64,000 bases of DNA, taken from an uncultured Gemmatimonadales bacterium. Its GTDB lineage: Bacteria; Gemmatimonadota; Gemmatimonadetes; Longimicrobiales; Gaopeijiaceae. Positions 9,954-19,380 of the stretch are shown here, one piece after another (within the stretch, counting starts at the first letter, position 1; each line of letters starts with the position of its first letter). The position numbers were made by a program, and so were the translations under genes. The notes under the pieces were generated by a model that worked only from the letters and a program-made list of their open reading frames with translations, searched no databases and was not told the origin of the DNA. The stretch covers positions 2,112,001 through 2,176,000 of the forward strand of contig CAWELD010000003.1 in NCBI GenBank assembly GCA_963809895.1, read 5' to 3'.

Positions 9954-12592
9954 GACGGGTCGTCCCCTCCGGCCTCGCTCGCGAGCCGGGCCAGGAGGTT
10001 CATCGCTTCCAACGGGGTCAGTCGATTCACGTCCAGATCGCGCAGGTGGGCCACCACCGGATGCTCCGGCACGGGTCCGTGAAAGAAGGAGAGCTGATCG
10101 GGAGGCGGCTCCGAGGCCGGGCGGTGCCGCCCGTGACGCCCCAGACCCTCGCCACCCCCGGAATGTGTTCCCTCCAACTCGGCGAGAAGTTCCCGGGCGC
10201 GCGCGATGACGCCGCCGGGCACCCCGGCCAGGCGCGCCACCTGGATTCCGTAGGAGCGGTCGGCGCCACCCTGCTCGAGGCGGCGCAGGAAGACGATGTC
10301 CTCGCCCACCTCCTTCACCGCCACGTTGAGGTTGCGCACGCCGGGGAGCAGGTCGCCGAGCTGGGTCAGCTCGTGATAGTGGGTGGCGAAGACCGTCTTG
10401 CAGCCCACGAGCTCGTGGAGGTGCTCGGTGACGGCCCAGGCGATGGAGACGCCGTCGTAGGTGCTCGTGCCGCGCCCGATTTCGTCCAGGAGGACCAGGC
10501 TGTCCTCGGTGGCGCCGTGGAGGATGGCGGCGGTCTCGTGCATCTCGACCATGAAGGTGGACTGCCCCCGCGCCAGGTTGTCCGAGGCGCCCACGCGCGT
10601 GAAGATGCGGTCCGCCACCGGCAAGCGGGCCTCGTCGGCGGGCACGAAGCCTCCCATCTGCGCCAGCAGTTGGATCAGTCCCACCTGACGCAGGACGGTG
10701 CTCTTGCCCGCCATGTTGGGACCGGTGAGAACGACGATGAAGCCGTCCCGGTCCAGCGTCACGTCGTTGGGAATGAACTCCTCGCGGGGCATCATGGTCT
10801 CCACCACCGGGTGGCGACCCGCACGGATCCCGAGCTCGAAGCCCGTGTGCACCTGTGGGCGGACGTAGCTCCGGCGTTCAGCCACCTCGGCCAGGGTGCC
10901 CAGAACGTCGAGCGAGGCCAGACGGGCCGCCGTGTCCTGGATGCGAGGCACCTGGCGACCCACCGCCTCCCGCAGCTCGCCGAACAGGCGCGCCTCGAGC
11001 TGTGCGATGCGGTCCTCGGCCCCGAACACCTTCTCCTCCCACTCCTTGAGCTCGGGGGTGAAGTAGCGCTCGGCGTTGGCCAGGGTCTGCTTGCGCACGT
11101 AATCGCCGGGCACCCGGTCCAGGTTGGCCTTGGTGATCTCCAGGTAGTAGCCGAAGACCTTGTTGAAGCCGACCTTGAGCGAGCTGATGCCCGTGCTTTC
11201 CCGTTCCCGAGCCTGAAGACGGGCGATGAAGTCCACCGCGCCGTCGCGGGTGTCCCGCAGGTCGTCCAGCTCCTCGTCGTAGCCGTCGCGGATCACCCCG
11301 CCGTCCTGGAGGTTGGCCGGCGGATCCTCGGCGATGGCGCGATCCATGAGGTCGGTGACGTCTTCCAGCAGATCCAGCTCGCCGACGAGCTCGCCGAGAA
11401 GTGGCGCCTCGGCAGCGTCCAGCACGTCACACACGTCGGGGAGCTGAGCCAGCGACCGTCCCAGACCCCGCAGGTCACGGGGCCCCACGCGGCCCGTGCC
11501 CACCCGGCCGGCGATGCGCTCCAGGTCGGTGATCCGGCCAAGTCGCTCCCGGAGCGCCCGGCGCACGTCGGCCCGCTCCACCAGCTCCGCCACCGCCTCC
11601 TGCCGGCGCCAGATCGCTTCGGGCTCCACCAGGGGCCGCAGGACCCAGCGACGCAGGAGCCGGCCTCCCATGGCCGTGACCGCGTCGTCGAGCACGGCCA
11701 GGAGGGTCGCGCCCTCCTCGCCGGCCCGCAGCGGCTCCACCAGCTCCAGGTTGCGGCGGGTCATCTCGTCCAGGACCATGGCGGCCCCGGTCCGTAGGAT
11801 GCGCGGCGCCTGCAGGTGCGCCGCTCCACCCGGGCGGATCTCCTGCACGTAGGTCACGAGCGCTCCGGCGGCCCGGATCAGGGCGCCGTCGTCCTGGCCG
11901 AAGCCGAAGCCCTCCAGCGACTCCACCCTGAAGCGCCGCCGCAGCTCGTCCCGGGCCAACTCCGCATCGAAGACCCAGTCGTCTCGCCAGGTGCGGGCGG
12001 GACCGCCCGACGAAGGCGCGGCGAGCGCCGTCAGGGCCGGATCGTCCTCGAGCGTGCGGGGCAGCAGGAGCTCCGACGGCTCCAGGCGGCCCAGCTCGCC
12101 GGCCAGGTCGCCGGGCTCCACGAGCTGCACCGTGAGCTCGCCGGTGGAAAGGTCCAGCGCCGCCACGCCCCGCGCCCCCGACGGATCCGGCGGAGACAGC
12201 GCCACCAGGTAGCTGTTGCGGCGCTCCGGAAGCAGCGTCTCGTGGAGCACGGTGCCCGGCGTCACCGTCTCCACCACCTCACGACGCACGATCCCCTTGG
12301 CTTCGGCGGGATCCTCCACCTGCTCGCAGATGGCCACCCGCCGTCCCGCCTTCACCAGGCGCGCCAGGTATTCGTCCAGCGCCTTCACCGGGATGCCGGC
12401 CAGGGGCACGCGGGCCGCGGCGCCGTTGTTGCGCGAGGTCAGGGTGAGCCCCAGCAGCCGGGAGCCCTCTTCGGCGTCCCCGTAGAAGAGCTCGTAGAAA
12501 TCCCCGACCCGGAAGAACACCAGGGCGTCGCGGTGGCGGTCCTTCACCTCGCGCCACTGCTGCATCAGGGGTGTGTCGTCGCTGGCAGCCAT
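9950..12592 (-). CDS. mutS: DNA mismatch repair protein MutS
   Basis: TPLMQQW, GDFYELF, TGPNMAGKST, STFMVEM, DEIGRGT and SYGIQVA motifs. Confidence 0.98.
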   Translation of the reverse strand: MAASDDTPLMQQWREVKDRHRDALVFFRVGDFYELFYGDAEEGSRLLGLTLTSRNNGAAARVPLAGIPVKALDEYLARLVKAGRRVAICEQVEDPAEAKGIVRREVVETVTPGTVLHETLLPERRNSYLVALSPPDPSGARGVAALDLSTGELTVQLVEPGDLAGELGRLEPSELLLPRTLEDDPALTALAAPSSGGPARTWRDDWVFDAELARDELRRRFRVESLEGFGFGQDDGALIRAAGALVTYVQEIRPGGAAHLQAPRILRTGAAMVLDEMTRRNLELVEPLRAGEEGATLLAVLDDAVTAMGGRLLRRWVLRPLVEPEAIWRRQEAVAELVERADVRRALRERLGRITDLERIAGRVGTGRVGPRDLRGLGRSLAQLPDVCDVLDAAEAPLLGELVGELDLLEDVTDLMDRAIAEDPPANLQDGGVIRDGYDEELDDLRDTRDGAVDFIARLQARERESTGISSLKVGFNKVFGYYLEITKANLDRVPGDYVRKQTLANAERYFTPELKEWEEKVFGAEDRIAQLEARLFGELREAVGRQVPRIQDTAARLASLDVLGTLAEVAERRSYVRPQVHTGFELGIRAGRHPVVETMMPREEFIPNDVTLDRDGFIVVLTGPNMAGKSTVLRQVGLIQLLAQMGGFVPADEARLPVADRIFTRVGASDNLARGQSTFMVEMHETAAILHGATEDSLVLLDEIGRGTSTYDGVSIAWAVTEHLHELVGCKTVFATHYHELTQLGDLLPGVRNLNVAVKEVGEDIVFLRRLEQGGADRSYGIQVARLAGVPGGVIARARELLAELEGTHSGGGEGLGRHGRHRPASEPPPDQLSFFHGPVPEHPVVAHLRDLDVNRLTPLEAMNLLARLASEAGGDDPS

Positions 12593-12689
12593 CCGGGGGC
12601 GGTCAGGGGAGTCCGGGGTGGGAGGGTCGAAGGTTATCCCGGCCGGGGTGCCCGATCAACCGAGCGCACCGGCGAACCCCCCTCCGCCG

Positions 12690-14768
12690 TCAGCGGTCCG
12701 ACACGGGGGCGTCGGCGTCGGCCCAGCGCCGGAACCAGGCCAGCACGTAGGCCACCTTCCGGATCATGTTGCTGGGCCGGGCCGAGATGTTGTGCCCCGA
12801 CTGTGCGATGCGGACCATCATGGTGGGCACCCCCTGGAGCTTCATGGCCGCGTAGTACTGCTCGGTCTCGGAGATGGGAGTCCGGTAGTCCTGCTCGCCG
12901 TCGATGAGCATGGTGGGCGTGGTCACGTTGCCGGCCAGCGACAGGGGCGAGCGGCTCCAGTACTGCTCCGGGTCCTCCCACGGCTTGGCGCCGAACCAGT
13001 AGCGGGCGAAGAAGGGGATGCCGTCGGCGTGCAGGACGAAGCTGGACCAGTTGATGACGGGCTTCTGCACGACGGCGGCGCGGAAGCGGTCCGTCTTGCC
13101 CACGATCCAGGCGGTGAGCACGCCGCCACCGCTTCCGCCGGTGACGTACAGGTGGTCGGTGTCCACGATGCCCCGGTCGATCACCGCGTCCACACCGGAC
13201 ATCAGGTCCTCATAGTCGTGCCCCGGATAGGCGTGGTGGATGAGGTTGCCGAACTCCTCGCCGTACGAGGTGCTCCCCCGGGGATTGGTGTACAGGACCA
13301 GGTTGCCGGCCGCCGCGTAGAGCTGGATCTCGGCGGCGAAGCGCGGGCCGTAGTTGGAGAACGGCCCCCCGTGGATTTCCAGCACCAGCGGGTAGCTCCG
13401 GGAGGGGTCGAACCCCGGCGGCGTGACGAGCCACCCCTGCACGCGGCGCCCGTCGTAGGAGGACTCCCACCACAGCTCCTCCACCTGCCCCAGCTTCTTG
13501 TGGGCCAGGAGATCCTCGTTCAGGTCCGTCACGGTGCGCACCTGCCCACCGCGCCGCCCCACGGCCACGTCGGCGGGACGGGACGGAGAGGTGCGCGTGT
13601 AGGCGAAGGTGCCGTTGCGCGCCACCGTGAAGGAGCCGCCCCCGTAGGGCCGCCCGTACGAGGTGCCTCCCAGGCCGTCGGCCAGCTCGGCGACGTCGCC
13701 CCCCAGCGTGACGTAGCCGATGCGGGTGTCGCCTTCGTCGTCGTACTGGAAGTAGAGGCCCTGCCCGTCGGCGGCCCAGGTGAGCCCACCCACGTCCCGG
13801 TCCAGCGAGGCCGCCACCTCGTGCCCGCCGCTGCCGTCGCGGTTCATGATGTACAGCCGGGTCACCTGGTAGCCCTGCAGATGGTCGTCGTAGCCCGTGT
13901 AGGCGATCAGTCTGCCGTCCGGGGAGACGGCGGGCGAGCCGTCGGGGCCGTAGCGGTCCGTGAGCCGGGTGAGGGTGCCGTCGGCCACGCTGAGCTCCCA
14001 CAGCTCACTGTCCTGAGCCTCCAGCTCACGGTCGTCGCGATGGTTGGACGAAACGATGAGCGCGGAGCCGTCGGGCGTCCACGCCGGGCTGCCCACGTCG
14101 TAGGGCCCCGGGGTGAGGTCCCGGGGCGTGCCTCCCTCGGCCGGCACCACGAACACGTGGGTGTAGCCGTCCTCCAGATAGCCCTGTCCATCGGCACGGT
14201 AGGCGATGTCGTCGACCACCCGCGGAGCCGGCGTCCACTCGGCTCCCTCGGGCATGTCGGGAAGCTGCACGTCCAGCCCCGTGGGCTCGTGGACCGGCAC
14301 GAACTGGGTGAAGGCGATCCAGCGGCCGTCGGGAGACCAGCTCAGCGACCCCGGACCCCGCGTCAGCGTGGTGAGGCGCGCCTCCTGGCCCGTGTCGAGC
14401 CAGCGGACCCACAGCTGCGTGCTCCCGTCGCGGGTCGAGACGTACAGAAGCCGGCTGCCGTCGGGCGACCAGCGCGGCGAGCCGTCGTTCTCTCCCCCGG
14501 TGGTGAGCGCCCGGTGCGTGCTGCCGTCGGCGGCCACCATCCAGAGATTGGAGCGGTGCCGGTCGGTCATGATGTCGAAGAAGTTGCGCACGTAGACGAC
14601 CCGCCCCCCGTCGGGCGAGATGCGCGGGTCCGACGCGTACTCCAGGCCGAAGACGTCCTGGGCCTGGAAGAGATCCCCGTCACCGGCGGCCTCCTGCCCC
14701 TGGGCGCTGAGACCTCCGTGGAAGGATCCCGCCACCATCGCCACCGCAAGCCAAGAGCGTACGCGCAC
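12690..14768 (-). CDS. S9 family (prolyl oligopeptidase/acylaminoacyl peptidase) serine peptidase, secreted
   Basis: Signal peptide after a GGAGG RBS; PD40-type propeller repeats; IHGGP; GGSGGG nucleophile; GEQDYRTP; His near the C-terminus. Confidence 0.92.
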   Translation of the reverse strand: MRVRSWLAVAMVAGSFHGGLSAQGQEAAGDGDLFQAQDVFGLEYASDPRISPDGGRVVYVRNFFDIMTDRHRSNLWMVAADGSTHRALTTGGENDGSPRWSPDGSRLLYVSTRDGSTQLWVRWLDTGQEARLTTLTRGPGSLSWSPDGRWIAFTQFVPVHEPTGLDVQLPDMPEGAEWTPAPRVVDDIAYRADGQGYLEDGYTHVFVVPAEGGTPRDLTPGPYDVGSPAWTPDGSALIVSSNHRDDRELEAQDSELWELSVADGTLTRLTDRYGPDGSPAVSPDGRLIAYTGYDDHLQGYQVTRLYIMNRDGSGGHEVAASLDRDVGGLTWAADGQGLYFQYDDEGDTRIGYVTLGGDVAELADGLGGTSYGRPYGGGSFTVARNGTFAYTRTSPSRPADVAVGRRGGQVRTVTDLNEDLLAHKKLGQVEELWWESSYDGRRVQGWLVTPPGFDPSRSYPLVLEIHGGPFSNYGPRFAAEIQLYAAAGNLVLYTNPRGSTSYGEEFGNLIHHAYPGHDYEDLMSGVDAVIDRGIVDTDHLYVTGGSGGGVLTAWIVGKTDRFRAAVVQKPVINWSSFVLHADGIPFFARYWFGAKPWEDPEQYWSRSPLSLAGNVTTPTMLIDGEQDYRTPISETEQYYAAMKLQGVPTMMVRIAQSGHNISARPSNMIRKVAYVLAWFRRWADADAPVSDR

Positions 14769-14964
14769 AACCACCTCCGGAAAGACCGTGTCCGGGAGCC
14801 CGAGCGGTGTCGTCCGATCCGGGCGTCCCACGCGGCAACCAGGATAATCACCGGGGGCCGGCTGCGCATCGTGGAGCGCGCCGCCCACCCTTTTCGCCAG
14901 CTCACCTCCCGGCGATCTTTCACACGTCGGCGACCCTCCCCAATCGCCGGGACCAGGAGGCATC

Positions 14965-15369
14965 ATGGCGGCCACAGAGCTCGCCTACGGCATGAAGAAG
15001 ACGGTGGCAGGCACCCTCGACGAGGTGGAGCCGAAGGTGCGGGCAGCCCTCAAAGAAGAGGGGTTCGGGGTCCTCACCGAGATCGACGTGAAGAGCACCA
15101 TGAAGCAGAAGCTGGACGTCGACTTTCGCCCCTACAGGATTCTGGGAGCCTGCAACCCGCCGCTGGCTCACCGCGCGCTCAGCGAGGAGCTGGACATCGG
15201 CCTGCTCCTGCCGTGCAACGTGGTGGTCTACGCCGGGGACGATCCCGGCGAGACGGTGGTGGCGATCCTGGATCCGCTGCTACAGCTCTCCATCTCCGGG
15301 CGAGACGACATCGAGCCGCTGGCCCACGACGTACGCGCGAGAATGGAGCGGGTTCTCGACGCCCTGTGA
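14965..15369 (+). CDS. DUF302 domain-containing protein
   Basis: GFGVLTEIDV, YRILGACNP and IGLLLPCNVVV motifs; AGGAGG RBS. Confidence 0.9.
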   Translation: MAATELAYGMKKTVAGTLDEVEPKVRAALKEEGFGVLTEIDVKSTMKQKLDVDFRPYRILGACNPPLAHRALSEELDIGLLLPCNVVVYAGDDPGETVVAILDPLLQLSISGRDDIEPLAHDVRARMERVLDAL

Positions 15370-15397
15370 CCGGACGCGACCCGCCCGGGCGGTCGGC

Positions 15398-16156
15398 TCA
15401 GCCGCCCACGGAGGATTCCCGCTCCGCGCCGGGCACGATGGCGGCGTCCAGACCCGCGGCGCGCACGCGGTCGTAGAGCTCCTTCGCCGCCGCGGCGTCG
15501 GGGAAGCGCCCGAGCCTGACCCGGATCAGCCCGGAACCCGGCACCTTCGCCAGGCGGGGCTCGAACCCCGCCGCCCGGGCCTGCTCGGCCAGGGCCCCGG
15601 CCCTCGCCTGCTGCGAAAAAGCGCCGAGCTGGACGGTGTAGTCACCGCGGGCCGACGCATCCTCGGGCTCGGGCTCCGGCTCGGGCTCGCGCGCGCTGGT
15701 GCGGGGCGGCGCGGCGGCGGCCGCGGGGTGGGCTTCGAGCCAACGCTGGGCTTCGGCCCGGAGCGGGCTTCCCGGATAGTCCCGTTCCAGAACGCGGTAG
15801 TGGCGGGCCGCGCGCACCGAGTCCCCGGACAGGTCGGCGGCCATGGCCAGCCGTTGGAGCGCCCGGGCCGTGAAGGGCCCGCCCGGGAATTCCACCACCA
15901 GGCGGGTGTAGTCCAGCGCCGCCTGGCCGGGATCCAGCGTGAGGACGCCGCGCAGCCAGATGCCTCGCTGGAGCTGGTCGCGGGACGCCCGGGCCGACTC
16001 ACCGTCCCACCAGGAGAGGAGCTCGGCGCGGGCGTCCTGGACACGGCCCTGAGCCACCAGCGTCTCCACGTGCTCCAGGGACTGGGCGCGTACGGTCGCG
16101 GGCGTCAGGAGGGCCAGGATCGCCAGGATCAGGCAGGCCCGCAGGACACGGGTCAC
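15398..16156 (-). CDS. Secreted TPR-like + SPOR peptidoglycan-binding domain protein
   Basis: Signal peptide; helical repeats (EFPGGP, DYPGSP); YTVQLGAFS...RVRLGRF SPOR motif; GTGA overlap with holA. Confidence 0.85.
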   Translation of the reverse strand: MTRVLRACLILAILALLTPATVRAQSLEHVETLVAQGRVQDARAELLSWWDGESARASRDQLQRGIWLRGVLTLDPGQAALDYTRLVVEFPGGPFTARALQRLAMAADLSGDSVRAARHYRVLERDYPGSPLRAEAQRWLEAHPAAAAAPPRTSAREPEPEPEPEDASARGDYTVQLGAFSQQARAGALAEQARAAGFEPRLAKVPGSGLIRVRLGRFPDAAAAKELYDRVRAAGLDAAIVPGAERESSVGG

Positions 16157-17154
16157 GCCGCGGCTCCGGCCCGGGCCATCAGCCCCAGCAGCCACTCCTC
16201 CACGACGGCTTCGTCGGAGCCCCCGCTGGACTTGAGCAGACGGTCCGCCCTGCGCAGACCCGAGACGGCGGCCTCGATTTCGTCCGGCGGCCAACGGCGG
16301 GCCTGGGGCAGGATCTTGCGGCGCGCCAGCCAGCGGAGGTTCCCGGGCAGGGCTTCGGAGAGTGCCTCGGCCCCCAAGGTGCGGCCCACGCCCAGCCGGA
16401 GGAGCTGGCTGGTGAGCCCGATCACGAGCCCCACACCCGACTCCCCCTGCCCCAGGAGCACCGGAAGCGCCTCCATGGCCTCGACGAAGCGCCGCTCGCC
16501 GACCAGATCGAACCACTGCCAGCGGTCCTGCTTCGGCAGCCGGGTGCCCGCGGCCTCCACGTCGGCGCGCGTGATGGACCGACCCTCCTCGACGTAGTCC
16601 GCCAGCTTGTCGAGCTCCCGCGCCAGCACCCCCAGGTCGGTGCCCACGGCGGCACCGAGGGCCCGGGCCGCGTCCTCCTCCATCTCCACGCCCAGCACGC
16701 TACGCGCCCGCTCCATGAGCCAGATCGGCACCTCGTCGTCGGACACCGGTCCGAATTCCGCGGCGCGCGCGATCTTCTTGAGCTCCTTCCAGAACCTGGC
16801 CGAGGTGGTGGGTCCCGACACCAGGACCAGGGCGAGCCCCGGAGGAGGTGACTCGGCGGTGGCCAGCAGCAGATCCCGGAATCGGGACGACGACGACAAC
16901 TGCTCCGTGTCCTTCACCTGAACGACCCGCCACTCCGCCATCATGGGCGGCGTGGCCAGGATCGACGCCAGGTGATCCACCTCCAGATCGCCGCCACGCA
17001 GGACGTCGAGGTTGAAGTCCTGGGTGGCCGGATCCAGATGCGCTTCGACGAGGGTGCGGGCGGCCTGATCCCGGCGGAACGCGTCCTCGCCGTGCAGGAA
17101 GAAGACACCACCGTGTCCGTGGCGCTCCAGGGCCCGCACGAAGGGATCCGTCAC
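16153..17154 (-). CDS. holA: DNA polymerase III subunit delta
   Basis: FFLHGEDAF, DFNLD, PMMAEWRVV, ELDKL and ADRLLKSS motifs. Confidence 0.9.
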   Translation of the reverse strand: MTDPFVRALERHGHGGVFFLHGEDAFRRDQAARTLVEAHLDPATQDFNLDVLRGGDLEVDHLASILATPPMMAEWRVVQVKDTEQLSSSSRFRDLLLATAESPPPGLALVLVSGPTTSARFWKELKKIARAAEFGPVSDDEVPIWLMERARSVLGVEMEEDAARALGAAVGTDLGVLARELDKLADYVEEGRSITRADVEAAGTRLPKQDRWQWFDLVGERRFVEAMEALPVLLGQGESGVGLVIGLTSQLLRLGVGRTLGAEALSEALPGNLRWLARRKILPQARRWPPDEIEAAVSGLRRADRLLKSSGGSDEAVVEEWLLGLMARAGAAA

Positions 17155-17170
17155 GCTTGGAGGGGTCGGC

Positions 17171-17725
17171 CTATTGGAGGCCGGTGCGGATCAGCATGCC
17201 ACCCTGCCGGTAACGGCCGCGAACCGGGGCGTACTCGAAGAGGAGCGCGCTGGGCTGACGCCAGAGATCCTCGCCGCTGAGCTCCAGCGCGGCGGGCGAA
17301 GACGAGGGCAGCAGCGAGGGCAACTGCACGCGCAGCCCCAGGGGCCGGGGCGCGGGGCGTGTCACCACGATGGGCGAGAGCTGGACCTGGGGCTCGTCGA
17401 GCAGGGTCGGCGACCAGGCGGCCAGCATGAGCAGCGCCGCCACGCCCAGCAGGAAGGCCGCCGAGGTGGAGGACGACCTGGAGCGGGCCAACGCCCGCTC
17501 GTCGTCCACGTGGAAGAGGCGGTGCTGGAGGCGTTCCTCGAATGCTTCGCCCACCTCCAGATCCGTGGTGGCCCTCAGCAGCTCACGGCCCCTGAGGTAC
17601 ACTTCCTCGTACCGGCGACACCGAGCACACCCACGGCGATGCGCGCGCGCAGCCTCCATCACATCGGACTCGGCGATGCCGTCGATGTAATCGGAGAATC
17701 CCTCGATGAACTCCGAGCAGGTCAT
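17171..17725 (-). CDS. zf-HC2 (ZAS) membrane-anchored anti-sigma factor
   Basis: MTCSEF..SDYIDG..HRRGCARC (HxxxCxxC); one transmembrane helix; downstream of an ECF sigma. Confidence 0.85.
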   Translation of the reverse strand: MTCSEFIEGFSDYIDGIAESDVMEAARAHRRGCARCRRYEEVYLRGRELLRATTDLEVGEAFEERLQHRLFHVDDERALARSRSSSTSAAFLLGVAALLMLAAWSPTLLDEPQVQLSPIVVTRPAPRPLGLRVQLPSLLPSSSPAALELSGEDLWRQPSALLFEYAPVRGRYRQGGMLIRTGLQ

Positions 17726-17867
17726 GCCGCTCCCACTCCGTCGGTCGGGTACGATGATCCAGAGAGTGGTACAGAGTTCCCCCCGGGGGGTTCCCGTCCG
17801 ACACACGCGGGGCCCCGGACGCCGAACGCCCGGGGCCCCACCGACTTGGTCGCCGTCCCGGCCCAGG

Positions 17868-18524
17868 TCAGTCGATCATGGGGGCGATGATCTGCGCGAA
17901 GTTGTTCCTCGCCCGGTTCAAGCGGCTCTTCACGGTGCCCAGATTGACGCCGGTGATGTCCGAGATCTCCTCGTAGGTCTTGCCCTCCAGCTCCCGGAGC
18001 ACGAACACGATCCTGTGGTGCTCCGGAAGCTGGGCCACCGCCTCTTCCACCTTCTCCTTCAGATGGCGCTTGCGGAAGAGATCGTCCGGCTTGTAGTGGG
18101 TGTCCTCCCACTCCAGCGGACGGTGGTCGGCGTCCCAGTTCTGCTTGATGGCCTGGAACAGCACCAGGGGATTCCTGGAGCGGTTGCGCAGCTCGTTCTT
18201 CGCCAGGTTGCTGGCGATGGTGTAGATCCAGGTGGAGAACTTCTTGGACTGATCGAAGCGCTCCAGGTGCCGGTACACGCGAACGAAGGTCTCCTGTACG
18301 AGATCCTGCGCCCGCTCCCGGTCGCCCACCGTGCGATACACGAAGTTGATCAGGCGGTTGTCGTAGCGCCGCACCAGCTCGCCGAAGGCGCGCTCATCGC
18401 CGTCGAGAAAGGCCTGCACCACCTCGCTGTCGTTGAGTTCCTGGAGGTGACTGCGGTGCTGCGACGCATCGCCCCGCCGTTGGGGGGTCTCCGCCCGTGC
18501 CCGTCGAATTGCCTTGGCACCCAT
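17868..18524 (-). CDS. ECF RNA polymerase sigma factor
   Basis: AQDLVQETF, FSTWIYTIASN, YEEISDI and GTVKSRLNRAR motifs. Confidence 0.95.
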   Translation of the reverse strand: MGAKAIRRARAETPQRRGDASQHRSHLQELNDSEVVQAFLDGDERAFGELVRRYDNRLINFVYRTVGDRERAQDLVQETFVRVYRHLERFDQSKKFSTWIYTIASNLAKNELRNRSRNPLVLFQAIKQNWDADHRPLEWEDTHYKPDDLFRKRHLKEKVEEAVAQLPEHHRIVFVLRELEGKTYEEISDITGVNLGTVKSRLNRARNNFAQIIAPMID

Positions 18525-18601
18525 GGTTTCACCTCTCCGTTGCTCTCGTCGGCCCGCCGGCGTCGGGCCCGTGGTCCTGCCTGCCGGCATCTCGTAGGGG
18601 A

Positions 18602-18617
18602 TGCACCCTCCGTGCCA
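18602..18617 (-). promoter_or_regulatory. Putative sigma54 (-24/-12) promoter
   Basis: TGGCACGGAGGGTGCA = TGGCAC with GG-N10-GC spacing, upstream of the ECF sigma gene. Confidence 0.5.
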
Positions 18618-18624
18618 ACCACCA

Positions 18625-18650
18625 AACGCACGGAACGCCGGGCATGTTCC
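18625..18650 (-). promoter_or_regulatory. Putative ECF-type autoregulatory promoter
   Basis: GGAAC-N17-CGTT upstream of the ECF sigma gene. Confidence 0.55.
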
Positions 18651-18715
18651 CCGTCACTGTCCACTCTGAGGGACGCCCTGCGACGCCATCGGGACACGCC
18701 CCCGACGGCCCGGCG

Positions 18716-19297
18716 TCACCCTCCGCCGTCGACCGCCTCATCCACCAGGAAGCAAGCCGCGTAGAGAATCGTCGCCACGCTCTTGCAGTCCACGATGCGA
18801 CCGTCCCGTACCATCTCCACAGCCTGCGAGAAGGGCATGCGCACCACCTCGACGAACTCGTCGGCGTCCAGGTTCGTCTCGCCCTCCTGCAGCTCCCAGC
18901 CGGCGTAGAGCCGGATCATCTCGTCGGTGAACCCCGGGGTCGTGAAGATCCGGGTCAAGGGCTCCAGCCGCCCTGCCCGCCGACCCGTCTCCTCCTCCAA
19001 CTCGCGGTGGGCGCACGCGTCCCAACTCTCGTCGGGACCCAACGGGAGTCCCGCCGGCACCTCGTAGAGCTCACCCCCCGCCGCGTACCGGTACTGGCGC
19101 AGGAGGAGCACCTCGGGATCCGGATCCCGAGGACTGGTCACGAACGGCAGCACCGCCGACGCGCCGGGATGCCGGATCATCTCCAACTCACCCGTGGAAC
19201 CGTCCGGAAAGCGCACGGTGTCCAGGCTCAGCTTGACGATCCTGCCCTCGAACACGGGACGGGATTCCAGAAGACCGGCCCCAGACGGTTCAATCAT
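18716..19297 (-). CDS. NUDIX hydrolase (ADP-ribose pyrophosphatase-like)
   Basis: HPGASAV, RQYRY, EVPAG...AHRELEEETG Nudix box. Confidence 0.92.
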   Translation of the reverse strand: MIEPSGAGLLESRPVFEGRIVKLSLDTVRFPDGSTGELEMIRHPGASAVLPFVTSPRDPDPEVLLLRQYRYAAGGELYEVPAGLPLGPDESWDACAHRELEEETGRRAGRLEPLTRIFTTPGFTDEMIRLYAGWELQEGETNLDADEFVEVVRMPFSQAVEMVRDGRIVDCKSVATILYAACFLVDEAVDGGG

Positions 19298-19380
19298 GAG
19301 ACGACCGAGTTGAACGAAACGACACACGTGCCGTTCCTGAGGTGGGATACGGTGAGGGGCGAAGAGGGTTGCAGGACCCG

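Noticed and set aside
15664..15690. Short 6-nt tandem repeats (CTCGGG/CTCCGG)
   Set aside because: They encode the EPEPEPEPE linker of the SPOR protein; not a CRISPR or regulatory repeat.
17768..17796. Two GGAAC motifs between the ECF sigma and anti-sigma genes
   Set aside because: No convincing -10 element at the spacing seen in the upstream promoter.
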